A stretch of 30,146 nucleotides of DNA, taken from assembly GCA_051747585.1 (NCBI GenBank), contig JBNJGH010000037.1:1-30146 (forward strand), read 5' to 3'. Origin of the DNA: Candidatus Rifleibacteriota bacterium. Its GTDB lineage: Bacteria; Muiribacteriota; Ozemobacteria; Ozemobacterales; Ozemobacteraceae. Position 1 is the first letter of the stretch, and each line of letters opens with the position of its first letter. Under the pieces are notes generated by a model, which saw nothing but the letters and a program-made list of their open reading frames with translations, was not told the DNA's origin and made no database searches. Positions 16,299 through 25,675 of the stretch are shown here, one piece after another. A program made the translations under genes and the position numbers.

Positions 16299-18203
16299 TT
16301 ATTGTAGTTGCTTTAAAAGTTTTTCAAAATCGTATTCAACATAAGGCTTTTGAGCGGCAGGCTCATTAGGAGTTGCTACTGATATGAAAATTTTAAGAAG
16401 CTGGGGTATGAAAAGAACATTTCTAAGGTTGCTTTTCATTGCTACCGGCCGATCCATGAGGCGCATTGCAGATGAAGCGTTAAAAGTACCGTAATTTTCT
16501 GAAATTCTTTTGCGCAGTAGTTTAAGACGATTTCCGGCTGATAAAATTACGGTATCTTCTATGCCTTTGCCGAGAAAATGATGCGATTGTCCGGCATTTA
16601 GAAATACAATGCTGTCAGAGGTAGCTCTTACGGCAACTGCATCTGGAATTTTTCCATCAGCAAAAACATAAAAGTATTCGCAGGTTCTGGGGTTATTCTG
16701 CCATAAGTTTTTAACCTGCTCGAGGCTGTTGCACTCTTCAAGGGCTCGTCGCATCAGAATCGACATTGGAACTCCATCCCATTGATATCTTCCTCTGCCG
16801 CCCATTTCTCCAATGGATATCTGCTTTTCATTCATACCGCTAACCGGGCCGGTAATACCAGCAAAGCCGGGCGAAAAAAAAGCAATTTTATTATCAGGTT
16901 TTATTACAAAAGCGACGGCATTATTCTGTAAGCCGATTTCGGTCATGTAATCAAGAATACGCCCGTGATACAGTAGACCGTCGTCAGTAGCACGGCCAAA
17001 TAAAGCGAACCCGGAACAGTGAAAATACTCTGGGAAAATATTAGATAATCTTAGTTCTCTGAGCGAAATTTCGGGGCATGATGAGGCCAGAGCTTCGATT
17101 TCGCTTTTGTGGGAAGACGGAATGTGTGGACTGAGTCTAGACCAGGCATTATCTAATTCTGTTAAAAACCACTTTCCCTGTGAAATAGTTTCAAAAAGTC
17201 CGACAAGATAAAGAGTTGAATCGACTACCTGTTGGGCCCACTGCCCTAGCAGCAGACCATGTGCCTTGCCGATTTCTTCAGGATTGCCGGAGAGCAGCAC
17301 CAGGCATTGGCCATCTTGATATCGCAGTTCGCCGTTCGGAACTTTTTTTGCCTGCGGCCTGATAATTGCACCGGGGAATCGAATTGCCAGAAATCTTTTA
17401 CAAGCCCGAAAAACCATTTTTTCGAGTTCATGTCTATTTACCGGAACTTCTTTAAGCTTCTTGTCAGGCCAGAAATGCAAACCATCAGAAAAGTCTCCTT
17501 TTTTTATAGTTGCTTCAACATAATTAAAATGATTTAAAAACAGGCGGTCTGTTTTTAATTTAAAATGCAAATCAGAAGAAGCTTTTCTTTTAATTTCTAT
17601 CTTGAACGATTTTCCTGCTTTAAATATCAGCTTGTCATTGTTTTTCTGAGTTTCTCTTACTTGTGTCAGATCAGGTAAGAGCAAATTCTTTATAAGCAAA
17701 ATAGAATAATCTGAGTTAATAAGAGTTAGAGCAGAAGAAAGAGAGGTTTCAGCAGTAAAAAGCCGATTTATAAGGGTTGAAGGGTTTAAGGTGTCTTTCT
17801 GATCATTCAGCTTGCCTTTGCCTTTAAATTTGATTCCTGCTTCGGGTAAAATTATTTCTGATGTAGCTGCATTTCGTAATATTCCAACGTCATGCCATGA
17901 ATTGAGCAATCGTATTCCTATGGTTTCAGAGCCTGTTCTTGTAATTGTTATGTGAAGTCTATGCTTTGCAGACATTTTATCTTTCGGCTTTTTTCCCGCT
18001 TCCAGACCGGCTTTAATGTCTAATTTGTAATTAGTGGAATTTTGAGCGATAACTTCAATAAATTTTTTCAGGTGATGTAAAAATAGCCCCTCAGATGCTT
18101 CGTAAGAAGTTGTTGAATGGTTTTCGGAAAGTTTCTGGCCGCTGTATAATTCTGACCAGGGGAGAATTAAAACAATCAGGAGAAAAACAATTTTTTTATT
18201 CAA
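16299..18203 (-). CDS. Secreted C45-family Ntn hydrolase with an extra N-terminal domain
   Basis: Signal peptide; LSGNPEEIGKAHG, H|CSGF nucleophile, HGRILDY, SGMNEKQISIG. Confidence 0.85.
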   Translation of the reverse strand: MNKKIVFLLIVLILPWSELYSGQKLSENHSTTSYEASEGLFLHHLKKFIEVIAQNSTNYKLDIKAGLEAGKKPKDKMSAKHRLHITITRTGSETIGIRLLNSWHDVGILRNAATSEIILPEAGIKFKGKGKLNDQKDTLNPSTLINRLFTAETSLSSALTLINSDYSILLIKNLLLPDLTQVRETQKNNDKLIFKAGKSFKIEIKRKASSDLHFKLKTDRLFLNHFNYVEATIKKGDFSDGLHFWPDKKLKEVPVNRHELEKMVFRACKRFLAIRFPGAIIRPQAKKVPNGELRYQDGQCLVLLSGNPEEIGKAHGLLLGQWAQQVVDSTLYLVGLFETISQGKWFLTELDNAWSRLSPHIPSSHKSEIEALASSCPEISLRELRLSNIFPEYFHCSGFALFGRATDDGLLYHGRILDYMTEIGLQNNAVAFVIKPDNKIAFFSPGFAGITGPVSGMNEKQISIGEMGGRGRYQWDGVPMSILMRRALEECNSLEQVKNLWQNNPRTCEYFYVFADGKIPDAVAVRATSDSIVFLNAGQSHHFLGKGIEDTVILSAGNRLKLLRKRISENYGTFNASSAMRLMDRPVAMKSNLRNVLFIPQLLKIFISVATPNEPAAQKPYVEYDFEKLLKQLQ

Positions 18204-18310
18204 ATTTGGCCTCTCAGTAAGTTGCAGACTTTGGAGTCAGTGTTTTTGTATTTATATGTTTTATAATACAACTAAAAAGCAAATTTGAAAATATGTCTCT
18301 AATAATTTAA

Positions 18311-18339
18311 TTGACTCAGGAAATGTACAGAGTTAAGAT
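18311..18339 (+). promoter_or_regulatory. Sigma70-type promoter for the TBDR
   Basis: TTGACT-17 nt-TAAGAT. Confidence 0.55.
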
Positions 18340-18378
18340 TTGCACATATAGTTGTGTTAAGTATTGTTTGGAGGTAGT

Positions 18379-20307
18379 ATGAAAAAAGCTTGTTTTATTA
18401 TTTTATTGCTAAGTCTTGCCAGTATTGCTTCGGCAGCAACATTCTCGCTGAATGCAATAAACATTGACGCTGAACGTAGTCAGTTAGATTTATGGTTCCC
18501 CGGAATTTCGGAAAATATTTCCAGTGATTCTATGCGACTACGTCATACTAAAAGTGCTAATGATTTGATTGAGTTAAATCCATCGGTTGATCTTGTTTCT
18601 TATTCCAGGGGTATGACTCTCGTGCCTGAGGTCAGGGGGTTCCCAAATTATTCAACTCTGGTAATGCTCAATGGAACACCGATCAATACTTCCTGGGGGA
18701 ACTTCAATAGTCTTACTTTTCTACCTTTGCACAGTTTTTCAGGTGTTTCTTTGACCAAATCAAATGAAGCTATTGTTTATGGGCCCAACACACTTGGGGG
18801 GGCGTTAAATTTAAAAATGCCCGATGCAATTGATCTTGAAGGTTTTAGAACTCGGTTTGAGTATGGTGAGTCCGGTAATATTCGTAAAGAAGCTACCTAT
18901 GGCTATGTAAGCGAAGACGAAAATAACATGCATCTTTTTGGACTTTTTACTGACGAAGGGCACCGTTACCAGGAACACAGTGATTTTGACGCCACAAGCT
19001 TTATGTACCGTGGGCAGATTCAGTTGAACAATGAATATAAGTTGAAATTAAGTTGGTGGAATTTGAATTCATCTTATGAATTGCCTGACCGTGGTGATCC
19101 TGCGGGGCCATTCCAAAACTGGGATTCCTGGAATACTTCTCATGCAGACATCATTTTGCAACGGGATCTAAAAAATGGTCAGCAGTTTACTTTCAGGTTT
19201 TTCAGAAACGATGATTTTTCCGATATGACTGATTATTCGGATAATACCTACACTAGAGTTCTGAATAAAAGTGAGATGTCGCAGTACAGATCTGGCAGTG
19301 AAATTTTATATAATCTCGATCTAAACGATAAGAATCGCCTTTCTATGGGGGTGACTCAACAGGTGAGTGATTGTACTACCCCGGCTCTTGCCGGTGGCAG
19401 ACAGGATGAAACCATCAAAGGTGGCTTTATCAGCAATCGTTATGAAGCAAATGATAAATTTGCATTACAAATGACCTATAGAAGCGATAACCACTCGGAA
19501 TCCGGGACCGAAAACAGCTGGTCTGTAGCAACAGAATATCAGCCGGACTCCAATCATACTTTCGTTCTGAGTGGTGGCGAGGCAAACCGTTTTCCAACTG
19601 TCAGAGAACTTTATATGCAGCATAGGGTATTTAAAGACCCGATTACAGGTAAATGGGTTTACTCGGTTCCGCTGTCGGGTAATATTAATATCAAGCCCGA
19701 GAGAGCAAAAAATATAGAAATGCATTGGAAATGGGCATTTGCCGAAAATTACGATTTTTCTGTAGGCTACTTCAAATCTATTATTACCGATTACATGAAC
19801 AGAAGCAGAACAGGCTTGCCGGCACCTAACCCATTAGTAATCTGGGAAAACCTTGACAATGTAGATCTCAATGGCTGGGAAAGCCGTCTGAATGGTAAAA
19901 TCAATGAAAACCTGAATTTCTGGGTTGCATACACCAGGATTGTTGATGCTGATAATACTTCTAATGGACAGAGAGTGGATTTTAAGAGAAACTATAAGCT
20001 GACAAGCGCCATTAACTGGGAAAAGGATAAAGACAGTGCTGCGTTGTTTATAGAACGTCTTGGGCCTTCGCCTTATTATGCCATGCCGCCAAAAGGAATC
20101 CCCGGGGCAGGTAAAAATACAGAGCTGGGTGCTGCAACCAAAATCGATTTAAGCTATAAAAGGCGGCTTACCGATCGCTCAAGCTTATTCGTAAATCTTA
20201 ATAATCTGACCGACGAAGAAATCGAGATTGACGGCCACGCAATCGGTTTGCCGGCTGTTTATGCTCCACCAAGAAATATTGCCGTGGGTCTTGAAACAAT
20301 CTGGTAG
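18379..20307 (+). CDS. TonB-dependent receptor
   Basis: Signal peptide from ATG 18379 (GGAGGT SD); plug motifs VRGF, LVMLNGTP, YGPNTLGGALN; barrel motifs FPTVRELY, IKPERA, NNLTDE; C-terminal Trp. Confidence 0.93.
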   Translation: MKKACFIILLLSLASIASAATFSLNAINIDAERSQLDLWFPGISENISSDSMRLRHTKSANDLIELNPSVDLVSYSRGMTLVPEVRGFPNYSTLVMLNGTPINTSWGNFNSLTFLPLHSFSGVSLTKSNEAIVYGPNTLGGALNLKMPDAIDLEGFRTRFEYGESGNIRKEATYGYVSEDENNMHLFGLFTDEGHRYQEHSDFDATSFMYRGQIQLNNEYKLKLSWWNLNSSYELPDRGDPAGPFQNWDSWNTSHADIILQRDLKNGQQFTFRFFRNDDFSDMTDYSDNTYTRVLNKSEMSQYRSGSEILYNLDLNDKNRLSMGVTQQVSDCTTPALAGGRQDETIKGGFISNRYEANDKFALQMTYRSDNHSESGTENSWSVATEYQPDSNHTFVLSGGEANRFPTVRELYMQHRVFKDPITGKWVYSVPLSGNINIKPERAKNIEMHWKWAFAENYDFSVGYFKSIITDYMNRSRTGLPAPNPLVIWENLDNVDLNGWESRLNGKINENLNFWVAYTRIVDADNTSNGQRVDFKRNYKLTSAINWEKDKDSAALFIERLGPSPYYAMPPKGIPGAGKNTELGAATKIDLSYKRRLTDRSSLFVNLNNLTDEEIEIDGHAIGLPAVYAPPRNIAVGLETIW

Positions 20308-21120
20308 TTAATCGAGCTCAACCCAGGCAGGAGCGTGATCTGAAGGTTTTTCCATTGCGCGTATCTCATAATCGATTCCCGCCTGCTTGCAGCGTTTTAA
20401 AACAGGTTGGCTGCCCAGTAAAAGGTCGATGCGCAACCCTCTTTTGGGGTTGTCATCAAAGCCTTTGCTGCGGTAGTCAAACCAGCTGTAATATTCAGTT
20501 GACTCGGGAAATTGCTCTCGGTAAAGATCGTAGGTACCCCATTTGACTATTTTGTCGAGCCATCCTCTTTCTTCGGGCAGAAAACAGCATTTGCCATTTT
20601 TTAACCATCTTTTCGCGTTTTTTTCTCCAATTCCCACATCCAGATCAGTGGGTGCGACATTCATATCTCCCAGGATAATAAAATTGTCTTTCTGGCTGAA
20701 ATTTTTGTTTAGATATTCGAGCAGATCTGCATAAAATTTTCTTTTTGCCGGAAACTTTAACGGATGATCTCTGCTCTCGCCTTGAGGAAAATAACCATTT
20801 ATAACGGTAATAGGGTTTTTATTGGAATCAAGATAAGTGGCTGCAATCATACGGCGCTGGGCTGCGGGTTCATCTGTTTCAAAACCTTTTTGCACCTTTA
20901 TCGGCTTCTGCTTTGACAACAGGGCAACCCCATAATGGCCTTTTTGTCCAAAAATTTCGCAATGATAACCCAGCTTGTTTACTGCCGGCAGGGGAAACGA
21001 ATCATCTACGACTTTGGTTTCCTGAATTCCAATTATGTCAGGGCTGTGCTTTTTGGTTAATTCTTCAAGTTGATGTAATCTTGCTCTTATTCCATTAACG
21101 TTAAATGATACGATTTTCAT
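20308..21120 (-). CDS. xthA: Exodeoxyribonuclease III
   Basis: Start [14 protein letters not shown] at 21120 with AAGGAG SD; QETK, YFPQG, GDMNVA, SWFDYR, RID, SDHAP. Confidence 0.97.
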   Translation of the reverse strand: MKIVSFNVNGIRARLHQLEELTKKHSPDIIGIQETKVVDDSFPLPAVNKLGYHCEIFGQKGHYGVALLSKQKPIKVQKGFETDEPAAQRRMIAATYLDSNKNPITVINGYFPQGESRDHPLKFPAKRKFYADLLEYLNKNFSQKDNFIILGDMNVAPTDLDVGIGEKNAKRWLKNGKCCFLPEERGWLDKIVKWGTYDLYREQFPESTEYYSWFDYRSKGFDDNPKRGLRIDLLLGSQPVLKRCKQAGIDYEIRAMEKPSDHAPAWVELD

Positions 21121-21216
21121 GGTTTCTCCTTGCCAATTTAACAAAAGAAAAAATTTAGCTGTAATTAAATAAAAATTCTGTTTATATGCATTCAATTCAG
21201 GTGTTAAAATTACTAT

Positions 21217-21600
21217 ATGATAACAGAAATTGAAAGTATCATTTCGAGGGCATATATATATGAACTGGACGATTCCTTTATCGTAATTGCAGGTAAAACC
21301 AGCAAAGATAATGATTTTATCAGTATGAAAGTGGCCGGCAAAAATGATTTGTGGTTCCATATCAAAGGAATGCCGGGCAGTCATGTATTGTTACGCTCAA
21401 AAGATAAGATTAAACCTGGCAAATCACAGATTGAGAAGGCGGCAGCAGTGGCGGCATATTACAGCAAAGCCAGAAATGCGGGCGTGGTGCCTGTAAACTA
21501 TACCTTTGCCCATTGTGTTAGCAAGCCCTCGAAGGCCTCAAGTGGGACTGTAACAATAAAAAAGGCGAAGATTATAAAGGTCAGGCCCTCTTTACCTTGA
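21217..21600 (+). CDS. Stand-alone NFACT-R (DUF814) RNA-binding domain protein
   Basis: [40 protein letters not shown]...VSKP...GTV. Confidence 0.92.
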   Translation: MITEIESIISRAYIYELDDSFIVIAGKTSKDNDFISMKVAGKNDLWFHIKGMPGSHVLLRSKDKIKPGKSQIEKAAAVAAYYSKARNAGVVPVNYTFAHCVSKPSKASSGTVTIKKAKIIKVRPSLP

Positions 21601-21633
21601 TTTAGTGGTTTTTAAAAAATATGGAGGTTTAAG

Positions 21634-22548
21634 GTGAAAAGATTTTTTACGGTTTTATCAGTTTTTTTGCTTGTGGGGCAATTAAACGCCCAAATGAATC
21701 CTGGCGGAAGATTTAAAAAATTTCAGGGAAAATCGCCCAAAGATAACTCTGCCAAAATGCTTGAAAAATACGATGAAAATAATGATGGCTTTCTTGACAT
21801 GAAAGAAAGAATGAAAGCCCGAAAAGAAAAAATGAAAGGCTTTAACAGGCCGGATTCGCCAGAAAAACCTTCCGATAATAGGCCACATATGCAACCGGAA
21901 AAGAATACCGCCTTTTCTAAAACAGCTCAAAAAATTGAAAGATTAAAAGAAAAAAATCCTCAGAAATATCAGGTAATTCTTAAAAAGTTTGACAGAAATA
22001 ATAATAATAAGATCGATAATAGCGAAATTGGGCAGCTTTTGCATGAGCAAAAAATGCAAAAAGATTTACTTAAAAAATTTGATAAAAACGGTAATGGAAA
22101 TCTGGATGAAGATGAAATGGAATTGCTTGAAGCTGAACATCAGAAAAATATGTCAGGATTTGCCCAGCATCAGCCGGGTTTGTTTGCTTCGATTCTAGAT
22201 CAATTTGATAAAAATCAAAATCAAAAGCTTGATTTTTCTGAATGGGTTGCCGCTCAACAAGAAGGGGTTTTTCCACCGCCCCCGCCATCGAGTGCGCATG
22301 GCGCAACTGGGTTTAATCAACCACAGCCGCCATCTTATATGAATCAAAATAAGGGTCGGGAAGAAATGCAACCGCCTCGGCCACCTCAGCAGCCGAAGCA
22401 ACAACAGCAACCTGGCCAATCATCGCCAAAACCTCAGCCGCAGCCTGAACCAGAGAATGATGATGCAGGCTTGCTTGATGGAGTTGAATTAAAAAGCGAT
22501 GATCAGGGGGATCAAAAAGATCCAGATATCAAATACCTTGATTTTTAA
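21634..22548 (+). CDS. Secreted EF-hand protein with a Pro/Gln-rich tail
   Basis: GGAGG SD and GTG start, signal peptide, four loops DENNDGFLDMKE, DRNNNNKIDNSE, DKNGNGNLDEDE and DKNQNQKLDFSE. Confidence 0.85.
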   Translation: MKRFFTVLSVFLLVGQLNAQMNPGGRFKKFQGKSPKDNSAKMLEKYDENNDGFLDMKERMKARKEKMKGFNRPDSPEKPSDNRPHMQPEKNTAFSKTAQKIERLKEKNPQKYQVILKKFDRNNNNKIDNSEIGQLLHEQKMQKDLLKKFDKNGNGNLDEDEMELLEAEHQKNMSGFAQHQPGLFASILDQFDKNQNQKLDFSEWVAAQQEGVFPPPPPSSAHGATGFNQPQPPSYMNQNKGREEMQPPRPPQQPKQQQQPGQSSPKPQPQPEPENDDAGLLDGVELKSDDQGDQKDPDIKYLDF

Positions 22549-24479
22549 TTTTTCAGATTATCAATTTCTACCGGTTTTGAATTGTCCGGATATTTCAGCT
22601 TGAATATACGACAGTAAAAATAAAGTTCACTTTTTAAAGAATGTTTAATATTCTCTGCCTGTCTAAACCCATGACCTTCACCTTCATAGGTGACATAGCA
22701 GGTGGGAATTTTTTTCTTTTTAAGAATTTTGTAGAGTTCTTCGGCCTGGTTTGGCGGAACAACTTTGTCATCCAGCCCCTGAAAGAAAATAACCGGGCAT
22801 GAAAGTTTTTCTGGAAAATTGATCGGCGATCGGTTTTTATAGATTTCAGCTTTTTCAGGGTAGGGGCCAATCAAATTATCCATATATCTCGATTCAAATT
22901 TATGTGTTTCTTTTGCCAGAATTTCGAGATCACTCAAGCCAAAATGGCTTGCTCCGGCTTTAAATGTGTCGGTAAAGGTCAGGGCACAAAGGGTAGTATA
23001 CCCTCCGGCGCTACCGCCTCTGATCGCAATTTTATTGCTGTCGACAAGTCCTTCGTTTTTCAGATACAGTGCACCCTTTTCACAATCTCTTACATCGATA
23101 ATACCCCAGCTTCCTTTAAGGCGGTCACGATATGCTCTGCCAAATCCTGTGCTGCCACTGTAATTTACATCTAGAACAGCAAAGCCTCTGGTGGTCCAGA
23201 ATTGAATGTCGAGTCTCAAGGTTGGGTTACTGCAGCCTGTAGGGCCACCATGGCTGCAGACCAGCAAAGGAGGTTTTTCGTTTTCCGGAATTTTGTAATC
23301 GGGGTTAGCAGGAGGGTAATAAAATGCATGGGCTTTCTGGTTTTTTGCTACTTCGAAATAGATGGATTCCGGTTTCGAAATAAAGCTTTTGGCTACAGGT
23401 ATTTCAGAAGATCCAAATAAAACCTGCAGATTAGATGAATTATAGTCGAATTGAACAACTTCGGCCCTGGTTTTGTAACCTGCACCGATAAAATATATAT
23501 GATCTTTGTTCAATGTAATAGAAGAATAGAGCTGATAAGGAAAATTAAGGTTTTCCAGGGCTTCAGACTGCATATTAATTATACCTGCATGCCAGCAGGC
23601 GTCTTCTGTCCAGGTAACAAAAATTCTGTCATCATCCAGAATTTGGTAAGGCTCTTTTGCAAAAGACCAGGGTGGCCCTGAAAAATCTGCGTCTTTGTTA
23701 AAAACGAGTGAACTTTTCTCGTTTTCATATTTAAAAATGTTCCACCAGCCATTTTTATCAGAAATATAGAATAAACTTTTATTGTGCCATTGAGGCCGGC
23801 ATACGGATTCATTACTGCATCCGCTTATTTTTTTGCTGGATTTTATGTTGCCTTCATCAGCGACAAGAGCAGTGTGTAGTTCTGTACCGTCCCATGGCAT
23901 TTGTGGGTGGTTCCAGGTAATGTATGCCAGCTCTTGCCCATCGGGTGAAATTCGGGGGCTGGAATAAAAATCATTGCCCGCAATTATTTTGCTGACTTTT
24001 CCATTTTCCAGATTAATTTTAACAATCGAGTTTTCTGGATTAAGATCACTTTTACTATGATCTTCCATTACTGCAAAAAGAAGATTACGTTTTGGGTCAA
24101 TGTTGAAATCTGCAAAACGGTAAGAAGGCTCATTGGTTAATTTTGTAACCGTTCCGTCCAGGGAAAGACGATAAATTTGTTGATCACTGAATTCAGTGAA
24201 GTAAAAATAATTTGACTGGTCTGAGGCAATACATAATCCACCATATTCGTGTACCCTGGATCTGATGTTGAAACGAGATGGAAGAACTTCTTCGGTTACA
24301 TCGTTATCCAGGCAAACGAGGGTGTTTCGGCCTTTTTCTGATGGTCTTGCCTCTAAAATGAAAAGCTTTTCTTTTAATTGTAAGATTTCAACCGGCCGGT
24401 TTGCTTTTTCTACCATCTTTTCGGGCGTTAAAGCAGAAGGCCATGAACCGGGAGTGAGTGGAATTCTATTATCCTTCAT
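22545..24479 (-). CDS. S9 family peptidase (prolyl oligopeptidase / acylaminoacyl peptidase type)
   Basis: GSWPS N-terminus, HGGP, GGSAGG nucleophile, QGLDDKVV (Asp), GEGHGF (His). Confidence 0.95.
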   Translation of the reverse strand: MKDNRIPLTPGSWPSALTPEKMVEKANRPVEILQLKEKLFILEARPSEKGRNTLVCLDNDVTEEVLPSRFNIRSRVHEYGGLCIASDQSNYFYFTEFSDQQIYRLSLDGTVTKLTNEPSYRFADFNIDPKRNLLFAVMEDHSKSDLNPENSIVKINLENGKVSKIIAGNDFYSSPRISPDGQELAYITWNHPQMPWDGTELHTALVADEGNIKSSKKISGCSNESVCRPQWHNKSLFYISDKNGWWNIFKYENEKSSLVFNKDADFSGPPWSFAKEPYQILDDDRIFVTWTEDACWHAGIINMQSEALENLNFPYQLYSSITLNKDHIYFIGAGYKTRAEVVQFDYNSSNLQVLFGSSEIPVAKSFISKPESIYFEVAKNQKAHAFYYPPANPDYKIPENEKPPLLVCSHGGPTGCSNPTLRLDIQFWTTRGFAVLDVNYSGSTGFGRAYRDRLKGSWGIIDVRDCEKGALYLKNEGLVDSNKIAIRGGSAGGYTTLCALTFTDTFKAGASHFGLSDLEILAKETHKFESRYMDNLIGPYPEKAEIYKNRSPINFPEKLSCPVIFFQGLDDKVVPPNQAEELYKILKKKKIPTCYVTYEGEGHGFRQAENIKHSLKSELYFYCRIFKLKYPDNSKPVEIDNLKN

Positions 24480-25356
24480 TTGTGTCGTTACCTGTTTTTT
24501 CTCTTAGAAGTCGTGCAACTTCTTCTGTTGATATCTGGTAAAGTTTACTGCAAAAATGGCAATAAACTTCCGGTTTTTCCTTGTTTTCGATAATTTCTTC
24601 CAGATCACTTATCGGCAGGCAGGATATTGAGTAGAGCACCTTTTCGCGGCTGCAGGTGCACTCGGCAGATAAAACTCTTTGTTCCATAACTTCCAGATCA
24701 TTTAAACCCAGTAGTTCACTTAAAACCATAATATCTATCGATTGTTTCAAAGCCTGTTTGATGGTTTTATCGTTGAATCTTTCGAGAAGAGGTACAAAGT
24801 CTTCTGCTTTACCTTCAGGCATTCTGCTCATACGAAGGCCTACAGCATTGTGCAGTTGGTGATCCCTGCTTGTGGCACTGATTTCGATTGCAGTCGGTTT
24901 CTGCTGCAGATCATTGAAATATCGTGCCAGACCCTGTTGTAAACACATCGGGCTGCAGGCTATCTGTTTCTGGGATATTACACCCCGACGGGTCGAATGG
25001 GTAAAAGTGAGCGAGCCACTGTCGCCAAGGGGTGCTGTAAGTGGGGCGTTTTCTTTGCTGTCATATTGGTTCAAAATCTTGGCGTTAGTGTAGCCTCTTA
25101 AATTTCCGGTTCGGGAAACATCTACAAAGCAGCCACCCATGGGGCCGCTGACCTGAGCTTGCAGGGCAAGCTTTTCGTCTTTATTACCCAGGTCTGATGA
25201 CATTATGGCCACTGCTGCCAGGGCTTCTGCAAGAAATCTGCCGGCAGTAGGGCCGGATAAGTGTTTTCGTTCAAGTTCTTTTGCGGCATCGGTAACATTA
25301 ACGTATGTTAATGAAATCATTTTTTCTTTAGAAAAGGCGTATATTAGTTGATCCAT
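24469..25356 (-). CDS. hslO: Hsp33 redox-regulated chaperone
   Basis: GNLRGY, and the zinc site CTCSREK...CHFC. Confidence 0.92.
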   Translation of the reverse strand: MDQLIYAFSKEKMISLTYVNVTDAAKELERKHLSGPTAGRFLAEALAAVAIMSSDLGNKDEKLALQAQVSGPMGGCFVDVSRTGNLRGYTNAKILNQYDSKENAPLTAPLGDSGSLTFTHSTRRGVISQKQIACSPMCLQQGLARYFNDLQQKPTAIEISATSRDHQLHNAVGLRMSRMPEGKAEDFVPLLERFNDKTIKQALKQSIDIMVLSELLGLNDLEVMEQRVLSAECTCSREKVLYSISCLPISDLEEIIENKEKPEVYCHFCSKLYQISTEEVARLLREKTGNDTNEG

Positions 25357-25456
25357 TAATCCAAATTCTCTTCGCTACGGTAGCCGGAATACGGCCCGTT
25401 AAAATTTTGTTCAACAGGGTTCGAACTGCAAATCAGTCGGTGTCCTGAAGGTACAC

Positions 25457-25485
25457 AGTATACATTCTTTCAGGCTTAAATTCAA
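25457..25485 (-). promoter_or_regulatory. Sigma70-type promoter for hslO
   Basis: Minus strand TTGAAT-17 nt-TATACT. Confidence 0.55.
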
Positions 25486-25566
25486 CAGCGTCTCCGGCAA
25501 TTCTCGGTGCAATGGTTATCAGCCGGTAAAAAACATTATTGTGCTATTTTCGCAATAATTGTGTGT

Positions 25567-25595
25567 GTGAAAAAAACACAGGTGAAAAAAACACA
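25567..25595. promoter_or_regulatory. Tandem repeat, candidate bEBP enhancer (UAS)
   Basis: GTGAAAAAAACACA at 25567-25580 and 25582-25595, about 80-110 bp upstream of the predicted sigma54 TSS. Confidence 0.5.
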
Positions 25596-25648
25596 CCTAA
25601 AAAATACTGTATCTGCATTGAAAAAAGCTTAAAGTGGAAAATCTAAAG

Positions 25649-25665
25649 TTGGCACGCTTGTTGCT
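25649..25665 (+). promoter_or_regulatory. Sigma54 -24/-12 promoter
   Basis: TTGGCACGCTTGTTGCT matches consensus TTGGCACG-N4-TTGCW. Confidence 0.9.
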
Positions 25666-25675
25666 TCAATAAAAA

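Noticed and set aside
18204..18378. Cobalamin riboswitch upstream of the TBDR
   Set aside because: No B12 box or conserved core is present, and the predicted leader is only about 35 nt.
20308..21384. 358-aa version of xthA
   Set aside because: The extension overlaps the divergent NFACT-R gene. The family N-terminus and SD place the start at 21120.
25405..25440. GTTCGAACCC T-loop-like motif suggesting a tRNA
   Set aside because: No acceptor stem, D-arm or anticodon arm can be formed.
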